From Nitrospirota bacterium (lineage in GTDB: Bacteria; Nitrospirota; UBA9217): DNA of 64,000 nucleotides. The notes beneath the pieces are model-generated. The model saw only the letters and a program-made list of their open reading frames with translations. It did not search any database and had not been told where the DNA came from. The stretch is from assembly GCA_963790205.1 (NCBI GenBank), contig CAWBNQ010000011.1, positions 64,001 through 128,000 on the forward strand, in the 5' to 3' direction. Of this stretch, positions 50,192 through 60,649 are shown in pieces. The position numbers and the translations under genes were made by a program. The first letter of the stretch is position 1; every line of letters begins with the position of its first letter.

Positions 50192-50295
50192 AAAAGATTC
50201 GGATGCAGGATGCACGATGCAGGATAATCGCAGATACCTCTTTTATCTTGAATCATGGATCACGCATCGTGTAAATTCAAGGAGGTCATTGAAAA

Positions 50296-50649
50296 ATGCC
50301 GAGAGCAAAAGGCGGCCCCAAGACAAGGGCCAGAAGAAAACGGGTGCTCAACCTGGCCGAAGGCTACTGGGGAGCAAAATCGAAACTATTCAGGAGCGCC
50401 ACAGAGGCCGTTGACCGCGCGCTCAAGTACGCTTACCGCGACCGGAAGGCCCGCAAGAGGGATTTTCGAAGGCTCTGGATCGCGCGCATCAACGCGGCGG
50501 CCAGGCTGAACGGCGTGACCTACAGCAGGTTCATTGCAGGCCTCGCCAAAAATGGCGTGGCAATCGACCGGAAGATCCTTTCCGATCTCGCGATCTCCGA
50601 CCCGGCGGGTTTCACCAAACTGGTTGAAACGGCCAAGACAGCATCATAA
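50296..50649 (+). CDS. rplT: 50S ribosomal protein L20
   Basis: [23 protein letters not shown]. Confidence 0.97.
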   Translation: MPRAKGGPKTRARRKRVLNLAEGYWGAKSKLFRSATEAVDRALKYAYRDRKARKRDFRRLWIARINAAARLNGVTYSRFIAGLAKNGVAIDRKILSDLAISDPAGFTKLVETAKTAS

Positions 50650-50712
50650 GGACCCGACCGGCAAGCCGCTTGCCGTAACCGGACGTATGCTGCAGCGGTA
50701 AAGAAAAATTTG

Positions 50713-50745
50713 AGGCCCCGGATTTTTCCCGGGGCCTTTCTTTTT
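50713..50745 (+). terminator. Rho-independent terminator after rplT
   Basis: AGGCCCCGG...CCGGGGCCT + TTCTTTTT. Confidence 0.75.
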
Positions 50746-50787
50746 ATATTGACATATAGAGCTAATTCGGTTAAAAAACGGACAGAA

Positions 50788-52632
50788 ATGATGATATACG
50801 GCCGTTCATTTATCACGGCGTTCATCACTTGCGCCATCCTAGTATCGGTTCCGCAATCAGCGCTCCCGTCTTATAACTCCGAGGCCGGGCATAAGTATGC
50901 TGTCGCCTCCCAGCGTCTCGCCGACCTCAGAAAATCCCGCACGAAAAAGAAATACCGGTCCTACTGGGTGGATTGCATCCGCACCTTCGAAGCCGTTGAA
51001 AAGAAGTATCCCAAAAGCCCCAACGCAGCCGAGGCCTGTTTTGACCGGGCAGGGCTCTACTTCGAACTTTACCAGTTCAATAAATATTCCCGCGACCTCG
51101 ATGCATCCATTCAATCCTACGGAAAGTGCCAGTCCGCGTATCCGAAACACGCGAAGGCTCCCGAAGGGCTCTACCGGGCGCTGGAACTGTCCCTCGATTA
51201 CAAAAAGAACAATGCCGCCGCAATGAAGACCTATGCAAAGCTTGCCGGGACCTACCCGGGAAGCGCCTGGTCCGTGCGGGCAAGGACCCGTCTCGGCGCT
51301 TCCGTGCGCAACAACAAGCCGGAACCGGAGATCAGAAGGATGCCTGGGCCGGAGATTACTTCTGGAAAAAAGACGCCGGCCGGCGTGGTGAAGACCATCC
51401 GCCACTGGTCGCAAGGGGCATATACGCGTATTGTGATCGACCAGAACACGCCGGTCAAGTTCCTGGCGCGGGAACTTAAGAACCCCGACCGACTGGTTTT
51501 CGATCTTCTTCATGCGCATGTTGACGCGTCGCTGCATAAGGAACCGCTCGTCATCAATAATGGCATCCTGAAACAGGTGCGCGCCAGTCAAAATACTCCG
51601 GATACGGTTCGGGTCGTGCTTGACCTGGCAAGCATCAAGAGCTATGCCGCGTTTCCTCTCCGTGATCCGAATCGCCTCGTCATCGATGTGACCGGTGATG
51701 AAGGGAGAACAGCGGAAAACGGCTCCACGAGCGCGGAAACATCTACACTAAGTGAGCCTGGAGATGCGGGGCAGCAGAAGACGGACTCGCAAGCAGAGTC
51801 CGGACCTACTGCATCAGTGCACCCTAAAACAGGGCTGAATGCTCCCGTGGTTCCCCCTGTGCAGAGGCCGGCGGTCAATAATGACAACGAACGGCTGACA
51901 CTGTCTCGACAATTGGGGCTAAAGGTGAGGACGATCGCGATTGATGCGGGCCACGGCGGTCACGATCCAGGAGCAATTGGAGGGGGCGGTTTAAAGGAAA
52001 AAAATGTTACCCTCGATATCGCCAAGCGTTTGGCGGTCTTGGTAAAAGATCGGCTGGGTTGCAAGGTAGTCATGACGCGTGACAGGGACGTTTTTATTCC
52101 CCTTGACCGAAGGCCGTTCATTGCCAAAGCAAGTAATGCCGACCTTTTCGTTTCTATTCATATAAATTCCAACCGAAAACGGAAAGCGAGGGGAATTGAA
52201 ACCTACGTTCAGGGTCTTAAGGCATCCGATCGCGAGGCAATGGCAACAGCGGCGAGGGAAAACGCAATGTCGACTAAAAGCTTAAGCGAGTTGAATTCCG
52301 ATGTTGAAGTTGACAGGATGTTGCGTGATCTGAGGTCTGACAACAAAATCGAAGAGTCCATCGACCTTGCGGGGAATGTACAGAACTCGCTGGTAGGATC
52401 GATTAAACCGATGCGGAAGCAGGTTGTCAACCTGGGTATAAAACGAGCTTTCTTTTATGTCTTAATGAACACAAATATACCGAGTATTCTTGCTGAGGTC
52501 GGATTTATCAGCAACCCGGATGAGGAAAAATTATTGAAAAAGGATTCCTACCGGCAGTCAATCGCCGAGGCGCTGTACCGCGGTATAAAAAACTACATAG
52601 ATTCTCGTTCCCCGCATATGATGGGAACATGA
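50788..52632 (+). CDS. N-acetylmuramoyl-L-alanine amidase (TPR-like + AMIN + Amidase_3)
   Basis: Signal peptide; YTRIVID/NPDRLVFD AMIN; IDAGHGGHDPGA, EK, SIH.N, PSILAEVGFISN. Confidence 0.9.
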   Translation: MMIYGRSFITAFITCAILVSVPQSALPSYNSEAGHKYAVASQRLADLRKSRTKKKYRSYWVDCIRTFEAVEKKYPKSPNAAEACFDRAGLYFELYQFNKYSRDLDASIQSYGKCQSAYPKHAKAPEGLYRALELSLDYKKNNAAAMKTYAKLAGTYPGSAWSVRARTRLGASVRNNKPEPEIRRMPGPEITSGKKTPAGVVKTIRHWSQGAYTRIVIDQNTPVKFLARELKNPDRLVFDLLHAHVDASLHKEPLVINNGILKQVRASQNTPDTVRVVLDLASIKSYAAFPLRDPNRLVIDVTGDEGRTAENGSTSAETSTLSEPGDAGQQKTDSQAESGPTASVHPKTGLNAPVVPPVQRPAVNNDNERLTLSRQLGLKVRTIAIDAGHGGHDPGAIGGGGLKEKNVTLDIAKRLAVLVKDRLGCKVVMTRDRDVFIPLDRRPFIAKASNADLFVSIHINSNRKRKARGIETYVQGLKASDREAMATAARENAMSTKSLSELNSDVEVDRMLRDLRSDNKIEESIDLAGNVQNSLVGSIKPMRKQVVNLGIKRAFFYVLMNTNIPSILAEVGFISNPDEEKLLKKDSYRQSIAEALYRGIKNYIDSRSPHMMGT

Positions 52633-52725
52633 TACGCCGGCTGACCGCAAAGAGTAAACAGTATGGAGTATGCAGCACGCGGAGAACGATTTACGCCTCT
52701 CCTGTCCGCACCGTCTGTTTACCGG

Positions 52726-53857
52726 CTACTTCCTGTCTGCTGTCTTTTCTTCCTTCACCCCGCTGCCCGCAATCAAATACGCCTCGATGAACTGATCGAT
52801 ATCGCCGTCCATCACGGCGTTCACATTTCCCGACTCCGTGGCCGTGCGATGGTCCTTCACCAGCTGGTACGGCTGAAACACGTACGACCTGATCTGGCTC
52901 CCCCAGGCGATGTCCTTCTTCTCACTCACCAGTTTTCCGAGCTTCTCGTCATGTTCTTTTTTCCGCAGTTCATACAAGCGGGAGCGCAGCACCTTCATGG
53001 CAACGTTCTTGTTTTTGAGCTGGGACCGCTCGTTCTGGCACTGCACGACGATATTGGTTGGTAAATGGGTGATCCGCACCGCTGAGTCGGTTTTGTTCAC
53101 ATGCTGGCCGCCGGCGCTCGAGGAGCGGTAGGTGTCGATGCGCAGCTCTTTTTCGTCGATGGTGATATCGATATCGTCCTCGACCTCAGGATACACGTAG
53201 ACCGAAACGAAGGAAGTGTGCCTGCGCTTGTTGGCATCAAAAGGGGAGATGCGTACGAGGCGGTGTACGCCGGCCTCGGCTTTCATCCTTCCGTAGGCAT
53301 AGTCGCCCGATATCGTGAAGGTCACGGACTTGACGCCCGCTTCTTCGCCGTTCTGGTAATCAAGGATTTCCGTTTTGTAACCGTGTTTTTCGGCCCAGCG
53401 CAGGTACATGCGCATCAGCATCTCCGCCCAGTCCTGGGCCTCGGTGCCGCCGGCTCCGGGATGGATGGAGAGGATGGCGTTCGCGGCGTCCTGCTCTCCC
53501 GAGAGGAGCGCCGCAACCTCGGCGGAGGATATGTCCCGCAGGATGACGGCGATCTCCCTCTCCAGCTCTGCGCGCATGGACTCGCCGCCTTCTTCAGAGG
53601 CGAGTTCGGCCATGGCCTCGAGATCGCTCAGGCGCTTTGCGAGCGATCCCCAGTCCTTGAGCGACCGTTCGATCCCTGCTTTCTCTTTCAAAACGACATT
53701 TGCTTTGTCTTTATTGTCCCAGAACCCGGTGGTTTCCGTGAGGCGGTTCAGTTCGGCAAGTTTCGATTCCTTGGCAGGGGTGTCAAAGATGCCTCCGCAG
53801 GAGCTCAATCCTGTTTTTGACGTTCTCGAGGCGCTGTTTCAGGTCTTCTAAAAGCAT
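52726..53857 (-). CDS. prfB: Peptide chain release factor 2 with programmed +1 frameshift
   Basis: MLLEDLK...RRHL then CTT TGA C (53788-53782) preceded by GGAGG; SPF and GGQ motifs. Confidence 0.95.
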
Positions 53858-53973
53858 GTAAAACTCTCCCGGTTGTTTGATTCGACGCGCTGGGCCGCTG
53901 CCGTGTAAATCCTCTGAAGTCAAACGGATTATAGCTCAGAGAACAAAAAAATGAAAGATAAAAAGGGGAAGCC

Positions 53974-55506
53974 TTATTTGACCCGTTTTTCAGGAATAAT
54001 GACAAGCAGAACGATGCTGAGAAATACGCAGGCGTAGGAGAAAATGTCGCCATACCGGGTGTAAAAGGTTTTCGTGTTGCCGGGGACAAGCGTCTGCGTC
54101 AGATATGCTTCGGTGAATATGCCGGAGGCGGCCAGTATCCTTCCTTTTGCGTCGATGAAGCCGGAGATCCCGGTATTCGCGGCGCGCGCTATTGGAACGC
54201 GGTTCTCCACGGCGCGAAACACGGCCATGGAAAAATGCTGGTACGGGGCGGCGCTCTTTCCGAACCAGGCGTCGTTCGTGATCGTTGTTACGACTTGAGC
54301 TCCCCGGTCCACGAATCTTCGCACCAGATCGGGAAAGATGATCTCGTAGCAGATCACGGTGCTGAGCCTGACCTCATGCGGGGGCGAGTTCCCATCCGGA
54401 ACGGTCATGATCGTGTAGTCTTTCCCCGGTTCGAAATCGCCGATGGCCTGCACCATTTTCCCTACAAAAAACAGCACGTCTTTAAGCGGCACATATTCGC
54501 CAAAAGGAACCAGGTGGATCTTGTGGTACCGGGCAAGTATCCTGCCCTCTCCTGACAGCAGGAATGCAGAGTTGCGCAGAATGACCGTTCTCAGTGATTT
54601 TACCTGATAGGTCGGGCTGCCGAAGAGGAGGGGCGTCCCGTTCTTTTTTACGAACTCGATGAGGTCCGTTGTCAGCGCCCGGTCCTCAGGGTTGTTCCCG
54701 TTAAAGTAGAACGGCACCGCGGTCTCTGGCCAGATCACGAGGGCCGGGTGCTGTTTGAGCGCTTCGTTGGTCAGTCTCTCGTAGATCGCAATCGTTTCCG
54801 CCTGGTACGCCGGGTCCCACTTCTTGTCCTGCTCGATGTTTCCCTGGACGACCGAGATCGTGACGGCGCCCGGTCCTTCGGGCGCCCGGAGGCGTACGAA
54901 CCCGTAGCCGAGAACGAATGTCATGGCGAGCGCGGCGATGCTCATGCCCTGATATTGTTTTCTGTCCGTGATGAATTCCGCAATTGCGGCATTTACCAGG
55001 ACGATCAAAAACGACACCCCGTAGACACCGGTGATGTCCGATATCTGGATGACCGGCAAGGCCCGGTACTGGGAGTAGCCGAGCAGGGACCAGGGAAAGC
55101 CGCTGAAAACGTAGGTCCGCGCAAGCTCGAGTGCCGTCCAGAGCGCCGGGGCGGCAAGGACGAGAAGGGAAGGATGATACCGTTTGACATGGACAACGGC
55201 CGCGCCGAAGAGGGCAGGGTAGAGCGCCAGGTAGGCGCAGAGCAGCAGGGTGATGAGCGAGGCCGGGATGAGCGGAATGCCGCCGTAAAAGTGGACCGAG
55301 TTCGTGACCCAGTGGACCGTGCCTGCGAAAAATACGATGCCGGAAATGCCGCCAAGCCAAAAGCCGTTTTTGACGGTCTGTCCCTGAAGGGCGAGGAACA
55401 GCGGGATGAGGCCGATCCAGGCGAGCAGGTGGAAGTCGATATTAGGGAATGCAAGGGTGAGCAGCAGGCCTGAAGCCGCGGCGAGCGCAGGGGAGCGGAG
55501 GGTCAT
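53974..55506 (-). CDS. lnt: Apolipoprotein N-acyltransferase
   Basis: GFPW, QGNI, WPE, K.HLVPFGEY, ICYE, TNDAWF, RAVENR, ANTGIS. Confidence 0.95.
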   Translation of the reverse strand: MTLRSPALAAASGLLLTLAFPNIDFHLLAWIGLIPLFLALQGQTVKNGFWLGGISGIVFFAGTVHWVTNSVHFYGGIPLIPASLITLLLCAYLALYPALFGAAVVHVKRYHPSLLVLAAPALWTALELARTYVFSGFPWSLLGYSQYRALPVIQISDITGVYGVSFLIVLVNAAIAEFITDRKQYQGMSIAALAMTFVLGYGFVRLRAPEGPGAVTISVVQGNIEQDKKWDPAYQAETIAIYERLTNEALKQHPALVIWPETAVPFYFNGNNPEDRALTTDLIEFVKKNGTPLLFGSPTYQVKSLRTVILRNSAFLLSGEGRILARYHKIHLVPFGEYVPLKDVLFFVGKMVQAIGDFEPGKDYTIMTVPDGNSPPHEVRLSTVICYEIIFPDLVRRFVDRGAQVVTTITNDAWFGKSAAPYQHFSMAVFRAVENRVPIARAANTGISGFIDAKGRILAASGIFTEAYLTQTLVPGNTKTFYTRYGDIFSYACVFLSIVLLVIIPEKRVK

Positions 55507-55507
55507 G

Positions 55508-55909
55508 CTATTTTGCCGCTTTCTGTTCCTGCATCCACTTGAGAAGGCCTTCCTTCATGCCGTTGTTGATGCCCGACTCTCCGGCGGTTGCGGAGAGCAT
55601 GGTCTGCGGTTGACGGTACCCGGGCTTTTGCGTTGATGATCTTACCGGTCTGGCAGCGGGCTTCGCTTGGGCCGGTCTGGGTCTGGGCGCCTGCGTTGGG
55701 TGTTTTTGTTCATCCGGCGCATACGCGGCGAGGCAGGAGACGGCATGGCGGTACAGGATCTCGCGTTTCTGGCCTTCCATGACGATGACGTAACTGTCGA
55801 ACGCCTTGATTTTGCCCGACACGCGTATTTTGTTCTGGAGAGTAACGGTGACAGCCGTTTGTTCAGACTGGTAGGTGTTCAGCATTCTATCGAGGAGATT
55901 TGTCTCCAT
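55508..55909 (-). CDS. Divergent Hfq/Sm-family protein with long C-terminal tail
   Basis: LQNKIRVSGKIKAFDSY...LYRHAVS Sm1/Sm2-like motifs. Confidence 0.8.
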   Translation of the reverse strand: METNLLDRMLNTYQSEQTAVTVTLQNKIRVSGKIKAFDSYVIVMEGQKREILYRHAVSCLAAYAPDEQKHPTQAPRPRPAQAKPAARPVRSSTQKPGYRQPQTMLSATAGESGINNGMKEGLLKWMQEQKAAK

Positions 55910-56057
55910 GGTTCCACCTTAGGCAGCTCATTGGGAAATTGGATCTTGGAAATTGAAGATCCCGATAATAATCACAGTATCGCGAATCAGATTCCGATTT
56001 TTTTCAATTTTAAATTTCTCATTTTCAACTCCCGATTCGGTATGAGGAGCATATCAT

Positions 56058-56510
56058 TCATCGGTTGATCGTGGTGATCGAGTGCTTATAATATAAATGC
56101 TGTTTGCCGCCTTCTTTGAGCAGCAGTGTGAAATTATCGTAGGCTTCGATGGTCGCCTTGATCCGCTGCCCATTGATGAGAAAAAGGGTAAGGAACTGGT
56201 TCTCTTTGATCGCTTTGTCGAGGAATTCCTGCTGGACGTTCGGTCTGCCTGCCGGATCTGCGGGCCCCGGCGGCGGAGGGACCGAAAGGACCGGATAGGG
56301 CGCGGAGAGGTAGGAAATCTCCTGTTTCAGAAGGGTGACGATCTTGCCGTTCTCTTCGACGTTGATCTCATACCGGCCGATGTCGCGGATGGTCCCATCC
56401 TGCTCGGTTTTGTTCATCTGGCCGATATGGAGCTTGATGCCGCTTGCCAGGGCCTGTGACAGGAACTGAGGTTCGATGCCTTGCCGGGACTCTTCGTTCA
56501 TTACTTCCAT
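56058..56510 (-). CDS. Tandem two-domain Hfq/Sm-family protein
   Basis: C-domain NVQQEFL...FLINGQRIKATIEAYDNF...YKHSITTI; N-domain is a degenerate Sm copy; Pro-rich linker. Confidence 0.8.
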   Translation of the reverse strand: MEVMNEESRQGIEPQFLSQALASGIKLHIGQMNKTEQDGTIRDIGRYEINVEENGKIVTLLKQEISYLSAPYPVLSVPPPPGPADPAGRPNVQQEFLDKAIKENQFLTLFLINGQRIKATIEAYDNFTLLLKEGGKQHLYYKHSITTINR

Positions 56511-56598
56511 TGAGTAAAATCATATACGAAATACAATTCTTTTGCAAGAAATTTTTATCTGTTGACTTTTGCCGGCTTATGCCATATTATTTTCCACC

Positions 56599-56967
56599 AT
56601 GTATGAACTGATGATCGAATCCAAATTCGCGGCTGCCCACCAGCTGCGCGGCTATGAGGGCAAATGCGAGAGACTTCACGGCCACAACTGGCGCGTGTCC
56701 GTAGCCGTGACCGCCGAGCGACTGAACGAGCAGGGGCTGGCCATCGACTTCCTTGACCTCAAAAAGTCGCTCAGGGAAGTGCTCGACCAGCTTGAGCATA
56801 CCTTCTTGAACGATATCTTTCCTTTCACCCAGATCAACCCTTCATCGGAGAACCTGGCCAAGTGGATCTACGACACCATGGCCAAGAAGATCAACGACGA
56901 CGACCTCGAAGTCAGCAGCGTCACGGTATGGGAATCGGACACCGCATCGGCGAGCTATTTCGAGTAA
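56599..56967 (+). CDS. queD: 6-carboxytetrahydropterin synthase QueD
   Basis: FAAAHQL..Y.GKCERLHGHNW, IDF, NPSSEN, WES. Confidence 0.93.
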   Translation: MYELMIESKFAAAHQLRGYEGKCERLHGHNWRVSVAVTAERLNEQGLAIDFLDLKKSLREVLDQLEHTFLNDIFPFTQINPSSENLAKWIYDTMAKKINDDDLEVSSVTVWESDTASASYFE

Positions 56968-57032
56968 GACGAAAAACCCTTTTACCACAGAGAGCTCAGA
57001 GGTCACAGAAAAAATCAATCCCGCATTCAGCT

Positions 57033-58376
57033 ATGAATATTGATAAACACATCGCGGAAAAGATACTCTTCCATGCAACGGCTCTCAAAGCCGACGCGGC
57101 CGATGTCTTCTTACGGTCCTTCAACGCCACGACCGTCGAAGTAAAGGACCAGAAGGTCGATGCCTTCGAGCGGGCCAAGGACATCGGAGCCGGACTGCGC
57201 GTGCTCAAGAGCGGGCGGCTGGGCTTCGCCTTTACCACGGACCTTTCGGAAGCAGCGCTCAAGGCCCTGGCCCTGGCAGCGGTCACGAACGCGCAGAATA
57301 CCGAGCCCGATCCCTTTCAGTCCATTCCCGCGAAAGATCAAACACCCTCTCATCCCGTCGCTATCCACGATCCCGAGCTCGTACGCCTGACCGAAAAAGA
57401 GAAGATCGACCGGGTCATGGCCATGGAGCGCGAGGCCTTCAGCGTAGACCCGCGAATAAAGCGCATCCGCAAGGCGCAGGCGAGCTTCTCCGAATCCGAG
57501 ACCGTGATCTTGAACACCAACGGAAGCGAGGTCGCGTACAAAGGCACTGCCTGCTCGTCGAGCATCGAGGTGGTTGCCGAGGACAAAGGGGAGTCGCAGG
57601 CGGGTTCCGAGTTCGACGTGAACCGTTTTTACCGCAAGCTTTTGATCGAGGAAGTGGGACGGAGGGCAGCGCAGCGGGCGCTCGACCTGCTCGGGGCACG
57701 GCATATCGATTCGGTAAAGGCGCCGGTGGTCCTCGAAGCCACGGTGGCGCAGGAGTTCCTTTCCATGCTGGCCAGCGGGTTCTCGGCCGAGAGCGTCCAG
57801 AAGAAACGCTCGCTTTTCATCGGGAAGCTGGATACGGCAGTCGTATCTCCCACGATCACCGTGCTCGACGACGGCCTCCTCGAAGGCGGCCTCGGCACGG
57901 CGCCCTCAGATGACGAGACCGTGCCCATGAAGAAAAAAACGATCATCGAACAGGGCAGGCTCGCCATGTTCCTCTATAATACCTACACGGCAAACAAGGA
58001 CAAGACAGCATCGACCGGGAACGGCATGCGGGGCGGGTTCAAAGGCCTTCCCGGAGTGGGTGTGACGAACCTCTATATAGAACCCGGGAAGAGCACGCTC
58101 CGGGAACTCATGGCATCGGCCGGCAGGGGCCTGTATATTACCGAGGTCATGGGCATGCATACGGCCAATCCCATCTCCGGCGATTTCTCCGTCGGCGCCA
58201 CCGGGTTCTGGATCGAGAAGGGGGAAAAGGCTTACCCCGTGCGCGAGATCACGATCGCGGGAAACATCCTCGACCTCATGAAAAACGTCGCTGCCGTTGG
58301 CAGCGATATCCGCTTCTCCGGCCGGATCGGCAGCCCGTCGCTTTTGATCAAAGAGCTTTCGGTCGGGGGGAAGTGA
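57033..58376 (+). CDS. TldD/PmbA family protein (PmbA-like)
   Basis: G.GLRV...GRLGFA, STGNG.R, NPISGDFS, REITIAGN. Confidence 0.9.
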   Translation: MNIDKHIAEKILFHATALKADAADVFLRSFNATTVEVKDQKVDAFERAKDIGAGLRVLKSGRLGFAFTTDLSEAALKALALAAVTNAQNTEPDPFQSIPAKDQTPSHPVAIHDPELVRLTEKEKIDRVMAMEREAFSVDPRIKRIRKAQASFSESETVILNTNGSEVAYKGTACSSSIEVVAEDKGESQAGSEFDVNRFYRKLLIEEVGRRAAQRALDLLGARHIDSVKAPVVLEATVAQEFLSMLASGFSAESVQKKRSLFIGKLDTAVVSPTITVLDDGLLEGGLGTAPSDDETVPMKKKTIIEQGRLAMFLYNTYTANKDKTASTGNGMRGGFKGLPGVGVTNLYIEPGKSTLRELMASAGRGLYITEVMGMHTANPISGDFSVGATGFWIEKGEKAYPVREITIAGNILDLMKNVAAVGSDIRFSGRIGSPSLLIKELSVGGK

Positions 58377-58616
58377 TAACTTCTTCCTGAAGTCCGCGAC
58401 AGTTTCATTCTTCCGAATTTGCATACTTCATGTAGTACTCTTCAATCGAATAGTCAAAGATCTTCGTCTCGCGCTTTCAGTTTTGTCTCTTGCGGGGATG
58501 ACGAATAAGGCGAGCCCTTCACCGATTTGGAAATAGATCATTGAAACATCCGAGACCAACAGCGCAAGCTCAGTCACGGCAAGAGCAATGGAATCGAAAC
58601 AGCTTTTTTTGGGTTT

Positions 58617-58704
58617 TTGGGATTTTTCCAAAAAAGTCTAAGGTTTTTCGAAGCCAAAACTCAGGGTTTCCCCGATTGACATTCTGGTTCTAAAGTATTA
58701 TGGT
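58617..58704 (+). promoter_or_regulatory. Putative promoter of the RHS gene with three 22-bp-spaced related sites
   Basis: TTGGGATTTTTCCAA (58617), TAAGGTTTTTCGAAG (58639), TCAGGGTTTCCCCGA (58661); TTGACA-N17-TATGGT. Confidence 0.5.
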
Positions 58705-59048
58705 TGCTGGACAAAAGCGCAGGTTGTTCAAACCATAACGGTCTTCCTTTTTACAGATACCCCATCCGCTCGCTGCGGGGATGTTCATTTAACATACTAT
58801 GGAGGTAGTCATGCTATACGGATCAGAGAAACACTCCTCAATTATATCTCAAAACATGCGTGTTCTCATTGCTGCTTTTCTTGCCGTCTTTTTTTTCTGC
58901 TTGGTTACTTCCGCTCATGCTCAGCAATGGATCTATGCCGATTTAATTGGAGTGTGTCAGAATACGGATGGTACGACTTTTAAAGGTCTTACAATTCCAA
59001 ATTATTATTCTACTTGTGCTAATTATGTCGAGATGAGTCAGCAGTTAT

Positions 59049-60649
59049 CGGGCTGTTGCCCAAATGATATTGAGAAAGCCACTCAGTAATGCTATATTGC
59101 TGCGACGTCAATCACGACATCAGGAGCCAATAGCCATGATGGGATTGCAGCAACCGCCTCAAAGCAGCTTGTTCTATATCGGCATCAATATAGAAAAACG
59201 GGTTCGTGAGAACCATCCTTTGAGAAAAGTCAATACGCTGATCGATTTCAACTTCGCCTATGACGAAGTCAAGGACTTGTACGGCAACAACGGCAACGTT
59301 TCAGTGCCACCACCAATTATCCTGAAACTGATGCTACTCCTGATCTTTTATAATGTCCGCTCGGAGCGGGAGCTGATGGACACCCTGCCAGAGCGTATGG
59401 ATTGGCTCTGGTTTCTCGGGTATGACCTTGATTCTGAAATTCCCAACCATAGCGTGCTATCCAAGGCCCGCAAAAAATGGGGCCTCGATGTTTTTCAAAG
59501 GTTCTTCGAACGTATTGTTCTGCAGTGCGCGGAAGCCGGTCTTATTGACGGCCGCAAGATCTTCGTCGACTCCAGTCTGGTGGATGCAAATGCCTCCAAC
59601 AGTTCGGTTCTCGATACCCGGAACCTGAAACATCAGTTGCACAAAAATTATAAAAAGCTGGAAGCCCGCTTGGAAGAACGCACCGAAAGCACTGATCCTT
59701 CCAGGACCTACGAAAAAAAGAACAACCGCTATATCTCCACCACCGACCCGGACGCGGCCCTGGTGAACCGGGGGAAATCCAAACTTTCCTACCAAGTGCA
59801 TCGGGCCGTTGACGGTAAAAAAGAAATCATCACTGCAACCGACGTAGCGCCCGGCGATGTGAACGAAGCCCATCTGATGCTTTCGCTGCTTGAGCAACAC
59901 CACGCAACAACGGAAGTCGAGGCCGAAACGGTTGTTGCGGACAGTAAGTACGGAACGATCGACAACTTCCTTGCCTGCCATGACAAGGGCATAAAGGCGC
60001 ATATCCCGGATTTACGAGACGTGGCGATCAATCGCATAGCGAAAACCGACATCTTTATGGAAGATAGATTTTCCTATGATCCTGCCACCGACTCCTATAT
60101 GTGCCCGGCAGGAACTCAGCTCAAGCCGAAGTCGCTGCATATAGCCAGACAAAGCCGGGATTACGCAGCGCCCAGGAAAGTCTGCGCAGCGTGCCAGCTT
60201 AGAGAGCAATGCACGAAAAACAAGTCCGGCCGAACGATCAAGCGTCATCTCCGGCAGAATGTTCTGGAGCGCATGCGTGCAATCAGTCGATCAGCCAATG
60301 CACGGTACGACATCAAAACCAGACAACACCTGATGGAGCGATCCTTTGCCAGGGGCACCCGATACGGCTTCGATCAAGCACGCTGGCGAGGCCTTTGGCG
60401 AATGCGGGTCCAGGAATATATGACCTGTGCCATCCAGAACATGCAAGTGCTAATAGCGCATGCTTCCAAGCCGAAGAAAGCAGCTGCGGTACGGCTGCTC
60501 GTTGTTCAAAGAACAGTGGCAAAGGCTTTCGGATCGCTCATTTTGCATGTTCCCTTGAGACAGAACCGATATTGCCCGTCATTAGCTTAGACCTCTTTAC
60601 GCATCAAGGCGCTTGATCGTTCGCGGGAAGTCCTTTGGGCAACAGCCCG
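59049..60649 (+). mobile_element. IS1182-family insertion sequence
   Basis: Perfect 16-bp TIR CGGGCTGTTGCCCAAA / TTTGGGCAACAGCCCG; 4-bp TTAT target duplication (59045-59048, 60650-60653). Confidence 0.9.
59136..60590 (+). CDS. IS1182-family DDE transposase
   Basis: NHPLR, SEREL, PNHSVLS, VDSS.VDANAS, STTDPDA, ADSKYG, CPAG...C..C.LR..C, ERSFA. Confidence 0.9.
   Translation: MMGLQQPPQSSLFYIGINIEKRVRENHPLRKVNTLIDFNFAYDEVKDLYGNNGNVSVPPPIILKLMLLLIFYNVRSERELMDTLPERMDWLWFLGYDLDSEIPNHSVLSKARKKWGLDVFQRFFERIVLQCAEAGLIDGRKIFVDSSLVDANASNSSVLDTRNLKHQLHKNYKKLEARLEERTESTDPSRTYEKKNNRYISTTDPDAALVNRGKSKLSYQVHRAVDGKKEIITATDVAPGDVNEAHLMLSLLEQHHATTEVEAETVVADSKYGTIDNFLACHDKGIKAHIPDLRDVAINRIAKTDIFMEDRFSYDPATDSYMCPAGTQLKPKSLHIARQSRDYAAPRKVCAACQLREQCTKNKSGRTIKRHLRQNVLERMRAISRSANARYDIKTRQHLMERSFARGTRYGFDQARWRGLWRMRVQEYMTCAIQNMQVLIAHASKPKKAAAVRLLVVQRTVAKAFGSLILHVPLRQNRYCPSLA

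Noticed and set aside
58377..58616. Possible gene remnant or half-REP (TGCGGGGATGACG) downstream of the PmbA-like gene
   Set aside because: Too short and no recognisable family
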